64,000 bases of DNA from an uncultured Acidobacteriota bacterium (GTDB lineage Bacteria > Acidobacteriota > Vicinamibacteria > Vicinamibacterales > 2-12-FULL-66-21): NCBI GenBank assembly GCA_963836735.1, contig CAWIKP010000018.1, forward strand, positions 165,414 through 229,413. The letters are read 5' to 3'. The notes under the pieces were generated by a model that saw only the letters and a list, made by a program, of their open reading frames with translations, did not search any database and was not told the origin of the DNA. Of this stretch, positions 30,110 to 41,275 are shown piece by piece. Each line of letters opens with the position of its first letter. Within the stretch, counting starts at the first letter, position 1. A program made the translations under genes and the position numbers.

Positions 30110-33100
30110 CTCAATAGCGCCGGCGGTCGTCGACGATCGCCGGATTGTTCGCGCGAGCCGTCTCCTCGCGACGTGACGTTCTCTCCGATGATGATCGGCG
30201 GCTGAGACGGCACGCTGACGATCATCACGACCAGCGATAGGCAGTCAAAGGGATCGAAGGCGGTCCGAGCTGGTCAGCGTGAGGTTGTTCGAGCCGGCCA
30301 CGAGGACTCCGCTGGGGATCTCGAAAGACCGGATGTCCCACAGGCCACCCGCCCCGGTTCCGAACTCCACCGGCTGCCCGACGGTGGGCGGTACCGTGTT
30401 GCCCTGGAAATTGGGACCCGCCTGCAGAATCGTCGTGCCGTTCAGCACGACGGCCGCCATCGCCGAAGCCCTGACCGTCGGACGACGTGGACCTGCAGCA
30501 CCCCAAGGCCACCGGCATACGAGACGCCGTTCATGGTGGTGCTCCAGTCGGCTGGAGTGTTCCCCGGCGGAACAACGTTCGAATCGTTGGTGTTCAAGAT
30601 GTAGACGTCGCGGTTGTTGGCGGCGTTTCCGTCGTTGTAGAAAACGACGAGGGAAACGCCGTTGATATCCGACCCTTGGCGGCCCGACCTTGAGGAAATC
30701 ACTCAAGTCGTAAGTGCCGTTGCCTGTCACCAGGCCGGTCACGTCGGCGCGATACGACTGACTGTTGACAAACCCCCAGCAGTTGTCGTGGGCGAAACCG
30801 CTGTTGGCGCCGAACACGGGCGCGCCGGCGAACGTCACCGCAGCGTTGGCGGCCGGATCGGTCGAATTCGTCGGGCCGTGCCAGAAGAAGAGTGCGCGGG
30901 TAACGGTGCCGGAGATCCCGGTGACGGTGACGGTTCCTGTGCCGTTGTCCTCGCATGCTTGCCGAATCCGAAGGAGGCGAAATCGGTGTTCAACACGGTC
31001 TCGAGCGCCGCTGGCGGCGGCGCAAGGACGTTGAACGGTGTCGATGTCCACCGGAGTCAGATTGGGCGATGTCGCGACCAGCGTGTAGCCAATGCCGATC
31101 TGGTTGATCGACAGGTTCGCGAATGTCGCCACGCCGTTGCAGCAGTGTTGACGGTCAGTGTGCCGCTCAGCGTCGCGCCCGACGGGTTGTTACCAAGCGC
31201 GATCGTGACCGGGGTCGGCGGCAGGCTGGTGAGCGTGTTGCCGAATCCGTCCTGCACCGCGACGCGGACCGGAGCCAGCGTCAGGCCGGTCGTGCCCGTG
31301 ACCGGCTGCTGTACGAACGGCGAGCCTCACGGGCACTGCCGCTCCGCCGCTGGAGGCGGGCGGTCCCGCCGGATCGAAGCGCGTCACGCCGTCGATCACC
31401 ACGACTTCGGGCGTATCGGCCACGACCGTGACGCCGACATTCGCCTGCCCCGTCACGGGGTCGACGATCCTGACCGGCGGGTTGACCGAGATTTGGAACG
31501 CACGGAGCGTGTAGGTCAGGCCCAGATCCGCGCGTCGCGCCCGATAGTCCAGTCGGTCCTGGCGGCGCCTGCAGCCGGACCGGTGTGAGCTGCGCGCCGC
31601 CTGCCTGCCGCGCCGCCACGCTTTCGGTCCGGCCGCTGCCCGGCAACCGCAGGCGTGCCGACTGGTCGGGCGTCGGCGACGGCGCCAGATAGAACGTCGA
31701 GTTGCTGTTCACCGGATCCGATGGATTCGACTGCTGGGTGAACGGCTGCTGCGTGAACGGCTGCTGCGTGAACGGCTGCTGCGTGAACGGCTGCTGCGTG
31801 AACGGCTGCTGCGTGAACGGCTGCTGGGTAAAGGGCTGCTGCGTGAACGGCGCCCGGATTTGCGACACCTGCAGTTCCTGCACCCCGTCGATACGACTGG
31901 CAGCCGTCGAGGCCCGGCGTGCAGCGAGACGCGGCTGATGATCACCTGGAACAGGTAGTTCCCGGTCATCTGCTGCGCGTTCTGGACGGCCAGCAGCGCC
32001 GCGGCCGCAGCCGCCTGATCGCCGGCCAGGCTGACCGGGAAGGTGATGTCGATGACGTCGTACACCGTCGTCTGCTGCGTGAACGGCTGCTGCGTGAACG
32101 GATTGACGATCGAGTCTGCTGGGTGAACGGCTGTTGCGTGAAGGGGTCATGTCACCTGCTGGTGAACGGCTGTTGCGTGAATGGCGTCATCGTCATCGGG
32201 AGATGGCCCGCCAACGGGTGCGTGACGATGGGAGTGGCGCTTACGACGGGTGCGTGAGTCTCGGTGGTCGTCAGGTCGGCGTCGCCGGCGGTCAGCAGGG
32301 TGACGCTCGTTTTGGCGCCGCCGGGCAGCAGCGCGCCGTTCGACGTGACCACGCCGTTGACGATGGTGCTGGCCAGCTCCTCGACCGTGACCACGATCGG
32401 TCCGACGGCGCCGGCGTCGATCACAACGCTGCCGGTGACGCTCGAGAACGCGCCAATCACGATGTCTGCTTCCGTATCCGGCGGCGGCGGCGCTGGCAGG
32501 GTCCGGTCGAAGGATCGGTAGTCGAACGACGCATCGCGCGCCAGCGAATCGTCAGCCGGAAGAAACGCTGCACCGCGGCGCGGTTCTCGACGAACAGCGG
32601 ATAGGCGTGCGGAATGTTGTCGCTGCCTGAAGGTGATCGGCGCGCCGGCGAAGAGGTTGGCGGGCGCGTACTCCGCGCTGTAGACGTTCTGATCGCGCGA
32701 CCCGGCGTTGTCGCATGCGCCGGGCAGTTTTCCCGTTCCGGGCGACTGGTAGTTCGAAAACGGAAGACTGTCGATGAACCTCGGGTCAGTCACCGGGAGC
32801 GTAGGCGCCGGGACCGTCGGCAGAATGACGTTCCGCGTATCCGCCCAGAAACCCTGAACGACCGGCGCGGGGATCTTGGTCTGATCCACACCTGCAGCGG
32901 TTGTCAGCTTCCATCCGGTTGGCGTCTGCATGTACGGCTGACGCGCGATCAGGTGGATGTAGTCGCCGGAAAACGCGCAGAACCCGCCGCAGAAGATCCC
33001 GTAAGCGCGATTGACGGCGGTGAAGCCGTAACCCGGCGTGGTGACGATGCCGTTCGGCGGGACGGCGCTGAGACTGTAGCGGGAGAGCTGCTGTGACGGG

Positions 33101-34693
33101 CCGAACACCGGCCGACCCAGGCCGTCCCTGTTACAGGCGCTGGCTTCGGCGATTCGCACGTCGAACTGACGGTTGCCGCCGGCCACATAGCCGGTTCCAC
33201 CGGGGCTCAGGCCGACGCGGCCGGCGCGTGCGTCGTAGTACATGACCATGACGCGGGATCGTGGCCGTCCGGAAGCACCGCCGCACGACGGCCCGGGCTC
33301 CCCGACAGCCGTGATGACCGGCATGAACTGCGTGCCGGCGCCGTTGGCGAGATCGATGGCCGTCCGCGGCGTCCAGAGCGCACCGCCGTTGTAAGAGGAC
33401 GTCACCGTGATGCGGGGCACGCCGACCGAAACGGCGACGCCCGGCGCCAACGGTAACCCACGGAGCGCGGGAATCGCGTAGTTGGACGGGTAGACGTACT
33501 CCTGAAGCGCAACGTGGATGGTCCCGTTGCCGTCGATGGTCGCGGTCGGATAGGCGTTCGACCGTGGGATCGGCAACGCGTTCTGAAGCAGGTGCCCCTG
33601 CGGCTGGTCGAACGGCTTCAACAGCAGCGCGACCGGGTACGGCAGGCTCGTGGTGAAGCTGACGCCGCCGTTGGTCGACTTCTTCCCGACAATCGCGTTC
33701 GCGATGCCGCCGGGGCGGGCGCTGAAGACGCGCCAGCCGATGTACATCGTCCTGCGCGTTGTTCGGGTCGACGACGATCCACGGCGACTGATTGCGCGTC
33801 AGCGGCTCGCTGACGACCAGGCCGGCGCTCCACGTCACGCCGCCGTCAGTCGAGCGGAACAGCTGGATCTTGCTGGTCAGCGGATCGGACTGATCGAAGA
33901 CGACGAATGCCGCGTAGACGTAGGTCGTCCCGTTGGGTCCCAGGGCCGCAGCGATGCTGGGCTTGTCGACGAAGAATCGCGGCGACGTCTGCGTGAGCAG
34001 GATCCTCGTGCCGTTGAACTGGATGTTCTGTCCGGTCTCCGTGTTGTTCCGATCGGTGAAGCGCGAGACGAAGCCGACGCTTCCGCCGTCGGGAGTGAAC
34101 GCGATCCCGCCGACGAAGAACTGGCGATCCGTCGTCGCCATCACGGGGTCGCTCGCCGCCTCGTAGGCGCGCAGCATCTCGGACTCGATCCCACGGTTCG
34201 ACGCCGGCTGCGGGCGGCAGCGAGCGGTGACCGGGATGCAGCCCGGTGTACCAGTCCTTGCCGCCGTTGTCGCTGAACGACAGGCCGATGAACGCCTGCG
34301 CCGCCGCCCGGCCGCCGGCCCTCCTCTTCTTCTTCTCCGCCTCCGCGCCGCGCGCGCTGCGCCACGGGCCTGCGTGAGGAAACGCAGCAGCTTCTCGAAG
34401 GCGGCGTTGATGCAGCGACGGAGGCACGACGGCGCCGGGGTCCTCGAGGTAGTCGACGGTCCGATAGTCGTTGTACGCCACCATGATGTGGCTCGTGTTG
34501 ATGCTCGAGATCCCGCCGCCGACTCGTTCTGCCGCTGGCGAAACATGTCGCCGGTGAACTGATCGTCGCTGCCGGTGATGACGTTGATGTTCTGGCCGAC
34601 CTGCGCGGAGACGACGATGTGAATGGATAGCGCGAGAGCGAGGACCGAGAGCACGCCGACGTGGTTTCTGCTGCCCGAGAAGAGCCGCCCCAT
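30110..34693 (-). CDS. Large secreted multidomain protein: signal peptide, BNR/Asp-box propeller-like region, PFTQQ repeats, Ig-like and DUF3344-like C-terminal domains (many frameshifts; 3' end approximate)
   Basis: MGRLFSGSRNHVGVLSVLALALSIHIVVSA-Q signal peptide. Asp boxes SFSDNGGKDW, RSTDGGVTW, KSTNGGVSF, SSYNGGALW. Ig-like VTIALGNNPSGATLSGT...ATFANLSINQIGIGYTLVAT. C-terminal ALFFWHG...YRADVT...NGVSLVVFYND. Confidence 0.75.
31731..31850 (-). repeat. 15-bp tandem repeat x8 encoding (PFTQQ)8
   Basis: ctgctgcgtgaacgg units on the plus strand, with synonymous variants. Confidence 0.95.
32072..32184 (-). repeat. Three PFTQQ doublets separated by short linkers
   Basis: The same 15-bp unit in pairs at about 32072, 32116 and 32156. 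Confidence 0.85.
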
Positions 34694-35022
34694 TGGTCCC
34701 TCCGTCGAAAGTATGTAGACGACCGAACGCGTCGGCGCGAGATCACGCGCCAGCGGTTCACCCGGCACGTCAAGGAATTGGCCGAGACCGCCGCAGCGCG
34801 GTGTCGGCAAGTACTACTGCGAATCGGAGGGCGGATTATGGCCCACCGGTCTGCGCGTGACAACGGGAATAACGCGATCGGGCGCCGGTTCTAACAGTGC
34901 ATGGAACCAATACGCTTTTCGCCGTGTGGAGTGCCCGGCCCGGGGGGGTGCTAGAATCGCAGCTTCGACCGCTTCGGACGCACCCGGCGCAGTCCTGAAC
35001 GCGGTTCGTATCCGGAGGATCC

Positions 35023-36783
35023 ATGGCGGCGCGCCTGACCGCTTACGTCGTTGTCGCGATCGTCGCTGTCACCTTCATCGCCGGTCTCATGGTCGGCGCC
35101 CAGCGCGACGACAACGACGGTCCCGTGGACCTCATCGTCCGGAATGCGAGCGTCTATACGGCCGACCGGCGCGGCACCGTGGCGGAAGCCGTCGCCATCC
35201 GCGGCAACCAGATCCTTCGGGTCGGCAGCAATCGCGAAATCGCCCGCTTTCAGCGCCCCCAGACGATCGTGGTCGACGCCCAGGGGGGCGCCGTGCTTCC
35301 CGGATTCAATGATGCGCATGTCGACCTGATCGGCGGCGGACTGCGTCTGGCGATGGCGGATCTCACGGGCGCCGCCAACAGCGCGGAGGTGCTGGACCGC
35401 CTCCGGGCCTGGACCGCCGCCAATCCGGGGACCGGCTGGGTGGTTGCCAGTGGATGGTCGCCCGATCAGTTCAAGAACGGCCTGCCGACCCGCCAGATGC
35501 TCGATTCTGTAATCAAGGATCGGCCGGCGCTGGTTTATGCCGCTGACGAAGGGGACCGGCTGGTGTGGGTCAACTCACACGCGCTGCGGCTGGCGGGCAT
35601 CACCCGGAAGACTCCCGACCCGGCCGACGGCACGATCATCCGCGAGGGGCGGAGCGGCGAGCCGTCCGGTGTCCTCCGTGGCGCCTCCGCATCCAGCGCC
35701 GCCGGCCTCATCCCTCCCCCGTCTCGTGACCAGCGCGCGGCGGCGCTGCGCGCGGCAGTGGCCGAAGCCAACCTCCACGGCATCACCAGCGCGCAGAACA
35801 CGGCAGCGAGCTGCGAACGGAATCTGGATCTCTTCGAGGAAGCGCGCCGTTCACGTGAAATGACGCTCAGGATTTACTGTTCGGTCGGGGTCAATCCTCA
35901 TACCCTGGCCAGGGAAGCCGACCTCGCTCCATATGACGAGATCCGTAAGCGCTATCCTGACGATCCGTTGTTCAAGGTTGGAGCCCTGTCGTTCACTGTC
36001 GATGGCACGCTGGCGGCCCAGTCCGCGGCGCTCCTCGAGCCCTACGCCGGAACCGAAGAGGCTGGCGACGTACTCGTGGATCCTGACGAGCTGAACCGCG
36101 CGGTCCGGCTCGCGGACGCGGCCGGCTGGCAGGTCGTCACGCACGCCACGGGGGACCGGGCCGTTCGCATGGCACTGACGGCCTACGCCCACGCCATTCG
36201 TTCGAATCGCATGCCCCCGCGGGGCCGGCGGCATCGGCTCGAGCATCTGGCGCTCGTCGACACGGCCGATCTTCCCAGGCTGGGGCCGCTCGGCGTGACG
36301 GCTTCCATGCAGCCGCCGATGATGGCGGCCGATGAGACCGGCTTCGAGTTACTGTCGAAATCGATCGGGCCGACTCGTGCCGAGCAGAGCTTCCCGGTGG
36401 CGAAGCTGGCGGCCCAGACGCGCCTGCTGCTGGGGAGCGCATGGCCGGCCCAGACGCTCGACCCCATCGCGGTGCTGCAGAGGGCAACCAGCGTCGTCTC
36501 CCCCTCGCCGAGCCCGACGACCCCACGGCCCCCGGTTTGAAGTTGAAGCCCGCCATCGAGGCCTACACGTCCGCCGGCGCCTGGGGATCCTTCGACGAGC
36601 AGCGGAAGGGATCGATCGCGCCCGGGATGCTCGCGGACCTCGTGGTGCTGTCGTCCGACGTGATTGGATCGCCTGAAACGCTCGACACCGCGTCGGTCGC
36701 GGTCACGATCTTCGACGGCAAGATCGTCCACCGTGCCGATCCCTCACGCGCTGACGGCGCCCGCGCCGTCACTTCAACACTAG
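35023..36783 (+). CDS. Amidohydrolase_3 (YtcJ-like) family protein with an N-terminal signal/anchor, frameshifts near the 3' end
   Basis: AVAIRGNQILRVG, VLPGFNDAH, THATGDRAV, RHRLEH. The shifted frame gives AYTSAGAW...KGSIAPGMLADLVVL. Confidence 0.85.
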
Positions 36784-38119
36784 CTCGACCTGGTATTTTC
36801 CGGGTTCCGCGGCGGGTTTCAACAGCACCAGCCGTCCCGGTTGCCCGACCGCCAACGGTTGCGGACTGGACGGTCTTCCATTCCGGCAAATCGACAATCT
36901 GGCCGGCTTCCATCGTCTCGGACACGAGCGGCACGATCGTCATCCCGGTCGCGTCGATGGTGCGCAGCGCGCCGAGCGTGCGCAGGTCTCCCATGTCGTC
37001 GATCGTGGTCATCAGCTGCATCTCGCGCTTGCCGTTCACGTCGCGTATCCGGCGGCTCGCCACGATGCCAATGTCGGCAATGTAGGGAGGCACGCCGGCG
37101 CCGCTGATCACGGTGCCGTTCTTCACGATCACGTAGAGCTCCGCTGATTCGTTGACCGGAAGCGACTCGTAGCGTTCGGTCTTCGCGCGATGCACCGCGC
37201 CTGTCGCCAGCGCATCGAGCGCCGAGAGGATCGCGACGAAGTTCAGCTTGATGAGCGCCGGATCCGGTTCGATCGACGGCCACGGGCCGGTCTCGATCAG
37301 CACTACCGGCGTCCCCCACAGCGTGAGGTTGTCGCCAAACGCACGGATCTCGAACTCGTCGTCATAGCGGCCGATCTGGCCGGAAGCGAACGGCTCGAGC
37401 GCGTCGCGAATCACGGCGCACACTTTCTTCGTGAGCGTCCGCCCTTCGCTGCCGGACCGCGCCTCGTCGAATGCGACCGACAAGAGCGAGATCGACGCCG
37501 GCTTCGGCGGGCGGCCGACCGAGGTTCGCCAGGCCTGATTGTGCAGGTTGAAGCCGATCCGCGGCTGGAAGCGGTCGCGGACCGCTTTCAGCGTGCGCCC
37601 TTCCGGCGTCTGCAGCCGCAGCGCGTCGCGATTGATGTCGATGCTCTGCGCGTTCCGGCGCTGGAATCGTTCGGCGCCGTCCGGGTTCAGCATTGGCAGG
37701 AAATACAGGGTCAGCGACGGAGAGGATGTCCCGGACGGCCGGGTCCTCACGGTGGCGGCGCAGGAACTCGAAGATGTCGAAGAGCGCGGCGGTCGCGGTG
37801 GCCTCGTCGCCGTGCATCTGCGACCAGAGCAGCACGGGAAAACCGCCGGTGCCCGCCTGAATGAGGTTGAGCGCGCGCCCTTCGACCGATTCGCCCACCT
37901 TCTCCATCCGGAAGAGCTGAGGTGCGGTGGCGACCACGCCCTCCAGCCGCTTGACCAGCTCGGCATGAGTCATAGTGGCGGCAGTGGCGGCGACACGCGC
38001 TCGGCATCCCAGATCTTGCCGAGATCCTGGGGCGACACGATCTGGTCGGATCCGCGCTGGGCCGAGATCGGCGCCGAAAGAAGGGCAACCGCAAAGATGA
38101 CCGACGTCCGTGTGAACAT
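36769..38119 (-). CDS. Secreted M14 zinc carboxypeptidase family protein (frameshifts)
   Basis: Signal peptide MFTRTSVIFAVALLSAPISAQ, then SQMHGDE, PMLNPDG, DINRD, FNLHNQ, VLIETG. Confidence 0.85.
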
Positions 38120-38152
38120 GTTCGTAACACCGGGCGGCTGAAAACGCGACCA

Positions 38153-38293
38153 GTCAACTCCCAACTTCCAACTCCCAATTCCCAAGGGAAGCCTCTCGAA
38201 TAAATGGGTGAAACAGATCGAACTCGCCCGGCCGGAGGACTTCTATCCATTGTTCGAGCTGTTCGCCTTGGGAGTTGGAGGTTGGGAGTTGAC
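38153..38293. repeat. About 140-bp MITE/REP-like element with inverted arms of 7-bp CAACTCC units
   Basis: gtcaactcccaacttccaactcccaattcccaagggaagc ... ccttgggagttggaggttgggagttgac. A second copy lies at 59483. Confidence 0.8.
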
Positions 38294-38305
38294 ACCGTGC
38301 CAGCC

Positions 38306-38806
38306 TTACCGATATCGGAGCCGCACGAACGCTGGCGGCGACGCGCGCGTGACGACGAACAGCGAGTCGAATTCGTCGTCCGTGATCGTGACCGGCTCGG
38401 TGACGCCGAGCCCCTTCAAGACGTCGGGCACCGTGTTCGAGTGGCCGACCACGAGCACGTTGCCGGTCGAGGACCGGATCTGCTTCAACAGTCCGGCCGG
38501 GTCCTTCGAATCGACGATTGTCAGCGGAACGCCGGCGGCTTTCGCGACGGGATCGCCGGTCTGCCGCGTGCGTTTGAACTCGGTCGTGATGACGGTCCTG
38601 ATGCGCGCGTCCTTCAGCATGGCGGCCAGCGAGTTCGCGCGGGCGATTCCGGCACCGGAGAGATCCGGATCGGCGCCGGCCATTTTCGAGGCAGCCATCC
38701 CCGCGTCTGCCCTCTCAGCGTGACGAACGAGGAACACCACGGGCTGCGCGGCCGCCGAAGCGGCGGACACCACGATCATCAGAACTGCAGCAGCAAGGTG
38801 ACGCAT
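38306..38806 (-). CDS. Secreted histidine phosphatase (phosphoglycerate mutase/SixA-like)
   Basis: Signal peptide, then FLVRHAE, RTRQT, LVVGHSNT. Confidence 0.88.
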   Translation of the reverse strand: MRHLAAAVLMIVVSAASAAAQPVVFLVRHAERADAGMAASKMAGADPDLSGAGIARANSLAAMLKDARIRTVITTEFKRTRQTGDPVAKAAGVPLTIVDSKDPAGLLKQIRSSTGNVLVVGHSNTVPDVLKGLGVTEPVTITDDEFDSLFVVTRASPPAFVRLRYR

Positions 38807-40128
38807 CAGACGGGCTCCGAGGCCGCGCGGGGGCGGCCGGCTGACGGGGTCATACGGGCAACCACGTAGAGGGCGGCACCGGCGAGCAACGCAAGCGCAC
38901 CGGCTTTCCGTTGCTGCGGCGTTGCGCCGGCGAGAATCGCCAGGCCGATGACCATCGCAAGCGTGGGAATCAGGGGACCGAGCGGCACCGTGAACACCGC
39001 CGGACGGACGGTGGCCGCAAAACGGGGATTCCGCAGCCGGATGGTCGCGGCGCACGTGAAAACGTAGACGACAAGCCGGCTGATCGCGCTCACCGCTGCC
39101 AGGGCGGCGAAGCCGCCCGACAGCGCCAGGACGAGCGACACCGCGGCGGTGACGATCACCGCCGTCACCGGCGTGCGGAAGCGCGGGTGCACGCGGCCGA
39201 AGAAGGCCGGGATGTCGCCGTGCTCGGCGAGCGCGTAGAGGTTGCGGGTACCCGACAAGGCCTGCCCCATGTTATTGCCCGAAGCCGACACCGTCGCCCC
39301 GAAAATCATCAGCGCTGCGCCGCCGGCTCCCAGGAAGACTGCCGCGGCGCTCACCACCGGGGTCGTCGACGCGGCGAGCCCGGGCAGCGTGCCGAGCGCC
39401 ACGATCTGCACGAGCGTCATGATCCCCGCCACACAGGCGATGGTCACGATCAGCGCAAAGGGCACGGCGCGTCGAGGGTCGCGCGTCTCGCCGGCTACGA
39501 CCGGGACGACTTCGTACCCGCCGAATCCGAAAATCAGCAGCAGCCCGCTCGCTGCCGCACCGCTGAGGGTCAACGGCTGATCGATGACCAGCCGCGATCG
39601 ATCGATCGCGAACAGACCGGCGGCGATGAACGCGAGCAGCGGCACCAGCTTCCCGACCGTCAGCACGTTGACCACGATGCTGCTCTGGCGGATGCCGCGA
39701 ATGTTGATGGCGGCAATCACCATGATGATCAGCGTGATCACGGCGGCGCGGGGACCGCCGTCGCCGAACGCCGGCCAGTAGTACCCGAGCGACGTTGCCA
39801 GCACGTTGATGACCGCGGCCCAGCTCGCGGCCCGCGTGAACCACAGCATCCAGCCCACTTCGAACGCCGCGAACCGTCCGAACGCGGCGCGAGTGTAGAG
39901 GTAGGGTCCGCCGGTCCCCTCGAACCGGCTGCCGACTTCCGCGAACGAGAGGGCAATCAGCATCGACGCCACGCCGACCGCGCCAACCATCCAGGGACTC
40001 CACGCTCCCACCTGCGCGGCAAGAACGGCCGGCTGCGCGAACACCGCGCCGCCGATGACCTGATTGATACCGATCGCTGTCAGATCCCAGCGCCCCAGCT
40101 CGCGGCGCAAGGTCGGCGGTTGAGTCAC
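38806..40128 (-). CDS. APC-family amino acid permease
   Basis: LRRELGRWDLTAIGINQVIGGAVF, TGGPYLY, AGETRDPRR, HPRFRTP, and about 12 TM segments. Confidence 0.92.
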   Translation of the reverse strand: MTQPPTLRRELGRWDLTAIGINQVIGGAVFAQPAVLAAQVGAWSPWMVGAVGVASMLIALSFAEVGSRFEGTGGPYLYTRAAFGRFAAFEVGWMLWFTRAASWAAVINVLATSLGYYWPAFGDGGPRAAVITLIIMVIAAINIRGIRQSSIVVNVLTVGKLVPLLAFIAAGLFAIDRSRLVIDQPLTLSGAAASGLLLIFGFGGYEVVPVVAGETRDPRRAVPFALIVTIACVAGIMTLVQIVALGTLPGLAASTTPVVSAAAVFLGAGGAALMIFGATVSASGNNMGQALSGTRNLYALAEHGDIPAFFGRVHPRFRTPVTAVIVTAAVSLVLALSGGFAALAAVSAISRLVVYVFTCAATIRLRNPRFAATVRPAVFTVPLGPLIPTLAMVIGLAILAGATPQQRKAGALALLAGAALYVVARMTPSAGRPRAASEPV

Positions 40129-40161
40129 GTTGAAGGTTGTATTATCACGTTGCTGCGCTCA

Positions 40162-41274
40162 ATGACCTCCATCAAACCGCGCGACATCATGCCGCAGCAT
40201 GCGCGGACGCTGCCGGCGGCCTTCTACGTCGATCGGCGCTACTTCGATCGCGAGATGGACCAGCTCTTCGCGCGGATGTGGGTATGCGCCGGGCGCACCG
40301 AGCAGGTCGATGCGCCAGGCCGCTTCTTCATCAGGGAACTGCTCGGTGAACGCATCATCGTCACGCGTGGGGCTTCAGGCGTGAACGCGTTCTACAACGT
40401 GTGCCGGCATCGCGGGACCGAGCTGTGCACGGAGCGGCAGGGGGTCTTCCCGGGCAGCATCCAGTGCCCGTACCACGCGTGGACCTACGACCTCGACGGC
40501 CGATTGATTGGCGCGCCGCACATGGACGAAGTGCCCCACTTCCGCCGCGAGGACTACCCGCTGAACCGCGTCGCCGCGGAGGAGTGGGACGGACACGTCT
40601 TCCTCAACCTCGATCCGAGCCCACAGCCGCTCGCGACCCAGCTCGCCGACCTTCCCGGCAAATTCCGATCGTGGCGCATGCAGGATCTCCGTCTGGGCCA
40701 CCGCATCGTCTATGACGTCAAGGCGAACTGGAAGCTGGTCATCCAGAACTACAACGAGTGCCTTCACTGCCCGAACCTGCACCCGGCACTCAACAAGCTC
40801 TCGCACTATCTGAGCGGCGAGAACGAGCCCCTGAGGTCAACCTATATGGGCGGGCGCATGGACCTGCGTCCTGGCGTGGAGACGCTCTCGATGGACGGCA
40901 CCTGTCCGCGTGCGTTCCTGCCGGGGCTTTCAAACGACGACCGCCGCCGCGTTTACTACTACGCGATTTTCCCCAACATGCTGCTCAGCCTGCACCCGGA
41001 CTACATGCTGGTGCACACGCTGTGGCCGATCGCGCCCGATCGCACCATCAACATCTGCGAATGGCACTTCCATCCCGAGGAACTGGCCCGCGAGGGATTC
41101 CGATCCGACGATGCGATCGAGTTCTGGGACATGACGAACCGGCAGGACTGGTCGGTGTGCGAGCTGTCGCAGGCGGGGATCTCGTCGAGGGGCTACACGC
41201 CGGGGCCGTACTCGAACCGCGAAGACCTGCTGTTTGCGTTCGATCAGATGATCGTGAAAGTGCACGAAGAATAG
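40162..41274 (+). CDS. Rieske non-heme iron oxygenase alpha subunit (choline monooxygenase/GbcA/Stc2-like group)
   Basis: CRHRG...CPYHAW Rieske site, NWKLVIQNYNECLHCPNLH iron site, NRQDWSVCELSQAG. Confidence 0.92.
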   Translation: MTSIKPRDIMPQHARTLPAAFYVDRRYFDREMDQLFARMWVCAGRTEQVDAPGRFFIRELLGERIIVTRGASGVNAFYNVCRHRGTELCTERQGVFPGSIQCPYHAWTYDLDGRLIGAPHMDEVPHFRREDYPLNRVAAEEWDGHVFLNLDPSPQPLATQLADLPGKFRSWRMQDLRLGHRIVYDVKANWKLVIQNYNECLHCPNLHPALNKLSHYLSGENEPLRSTYMGGRMDLRPGVETLSMDGTCPRAFLPGLSNDDRRRVYYYAIFPNMLLSLHPDYMLVHTLWPIAPDRTINICEWHFHPEELAREGFRSDDAIEFWDMTNRQDWSVCELSQAGISSRGYTPGPYSNREDLLFAFDQMIVKVHEE

Positions 41275-41275
41275 G

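Noticed and set aside
31731-31850. Resemblance of QQPFTQQ to the cereal gliadin QQPFPQQ repeat
   Set aside because: Low-complexity convergence. The flanking domains and codon usage are bacterial, and there is no evidence of transfer.
31702-31938. Cys-rich (CCVNG)n ORF on the plus strand as a metallothionein or RiPP precursor
   Set aside because: It is the antisense reading of the PFTQQ repeat. Variation is synonymous on the minus strand but changes residues on the plus strand, and no RiPP enzymes are nearby.
31731-32184. 15-bp repeats as a CRISPR array
   Set aside because: The units are directly tandem with no unique spacers, are too short, vary synonymously in a coding frame, and no cas genes are present.
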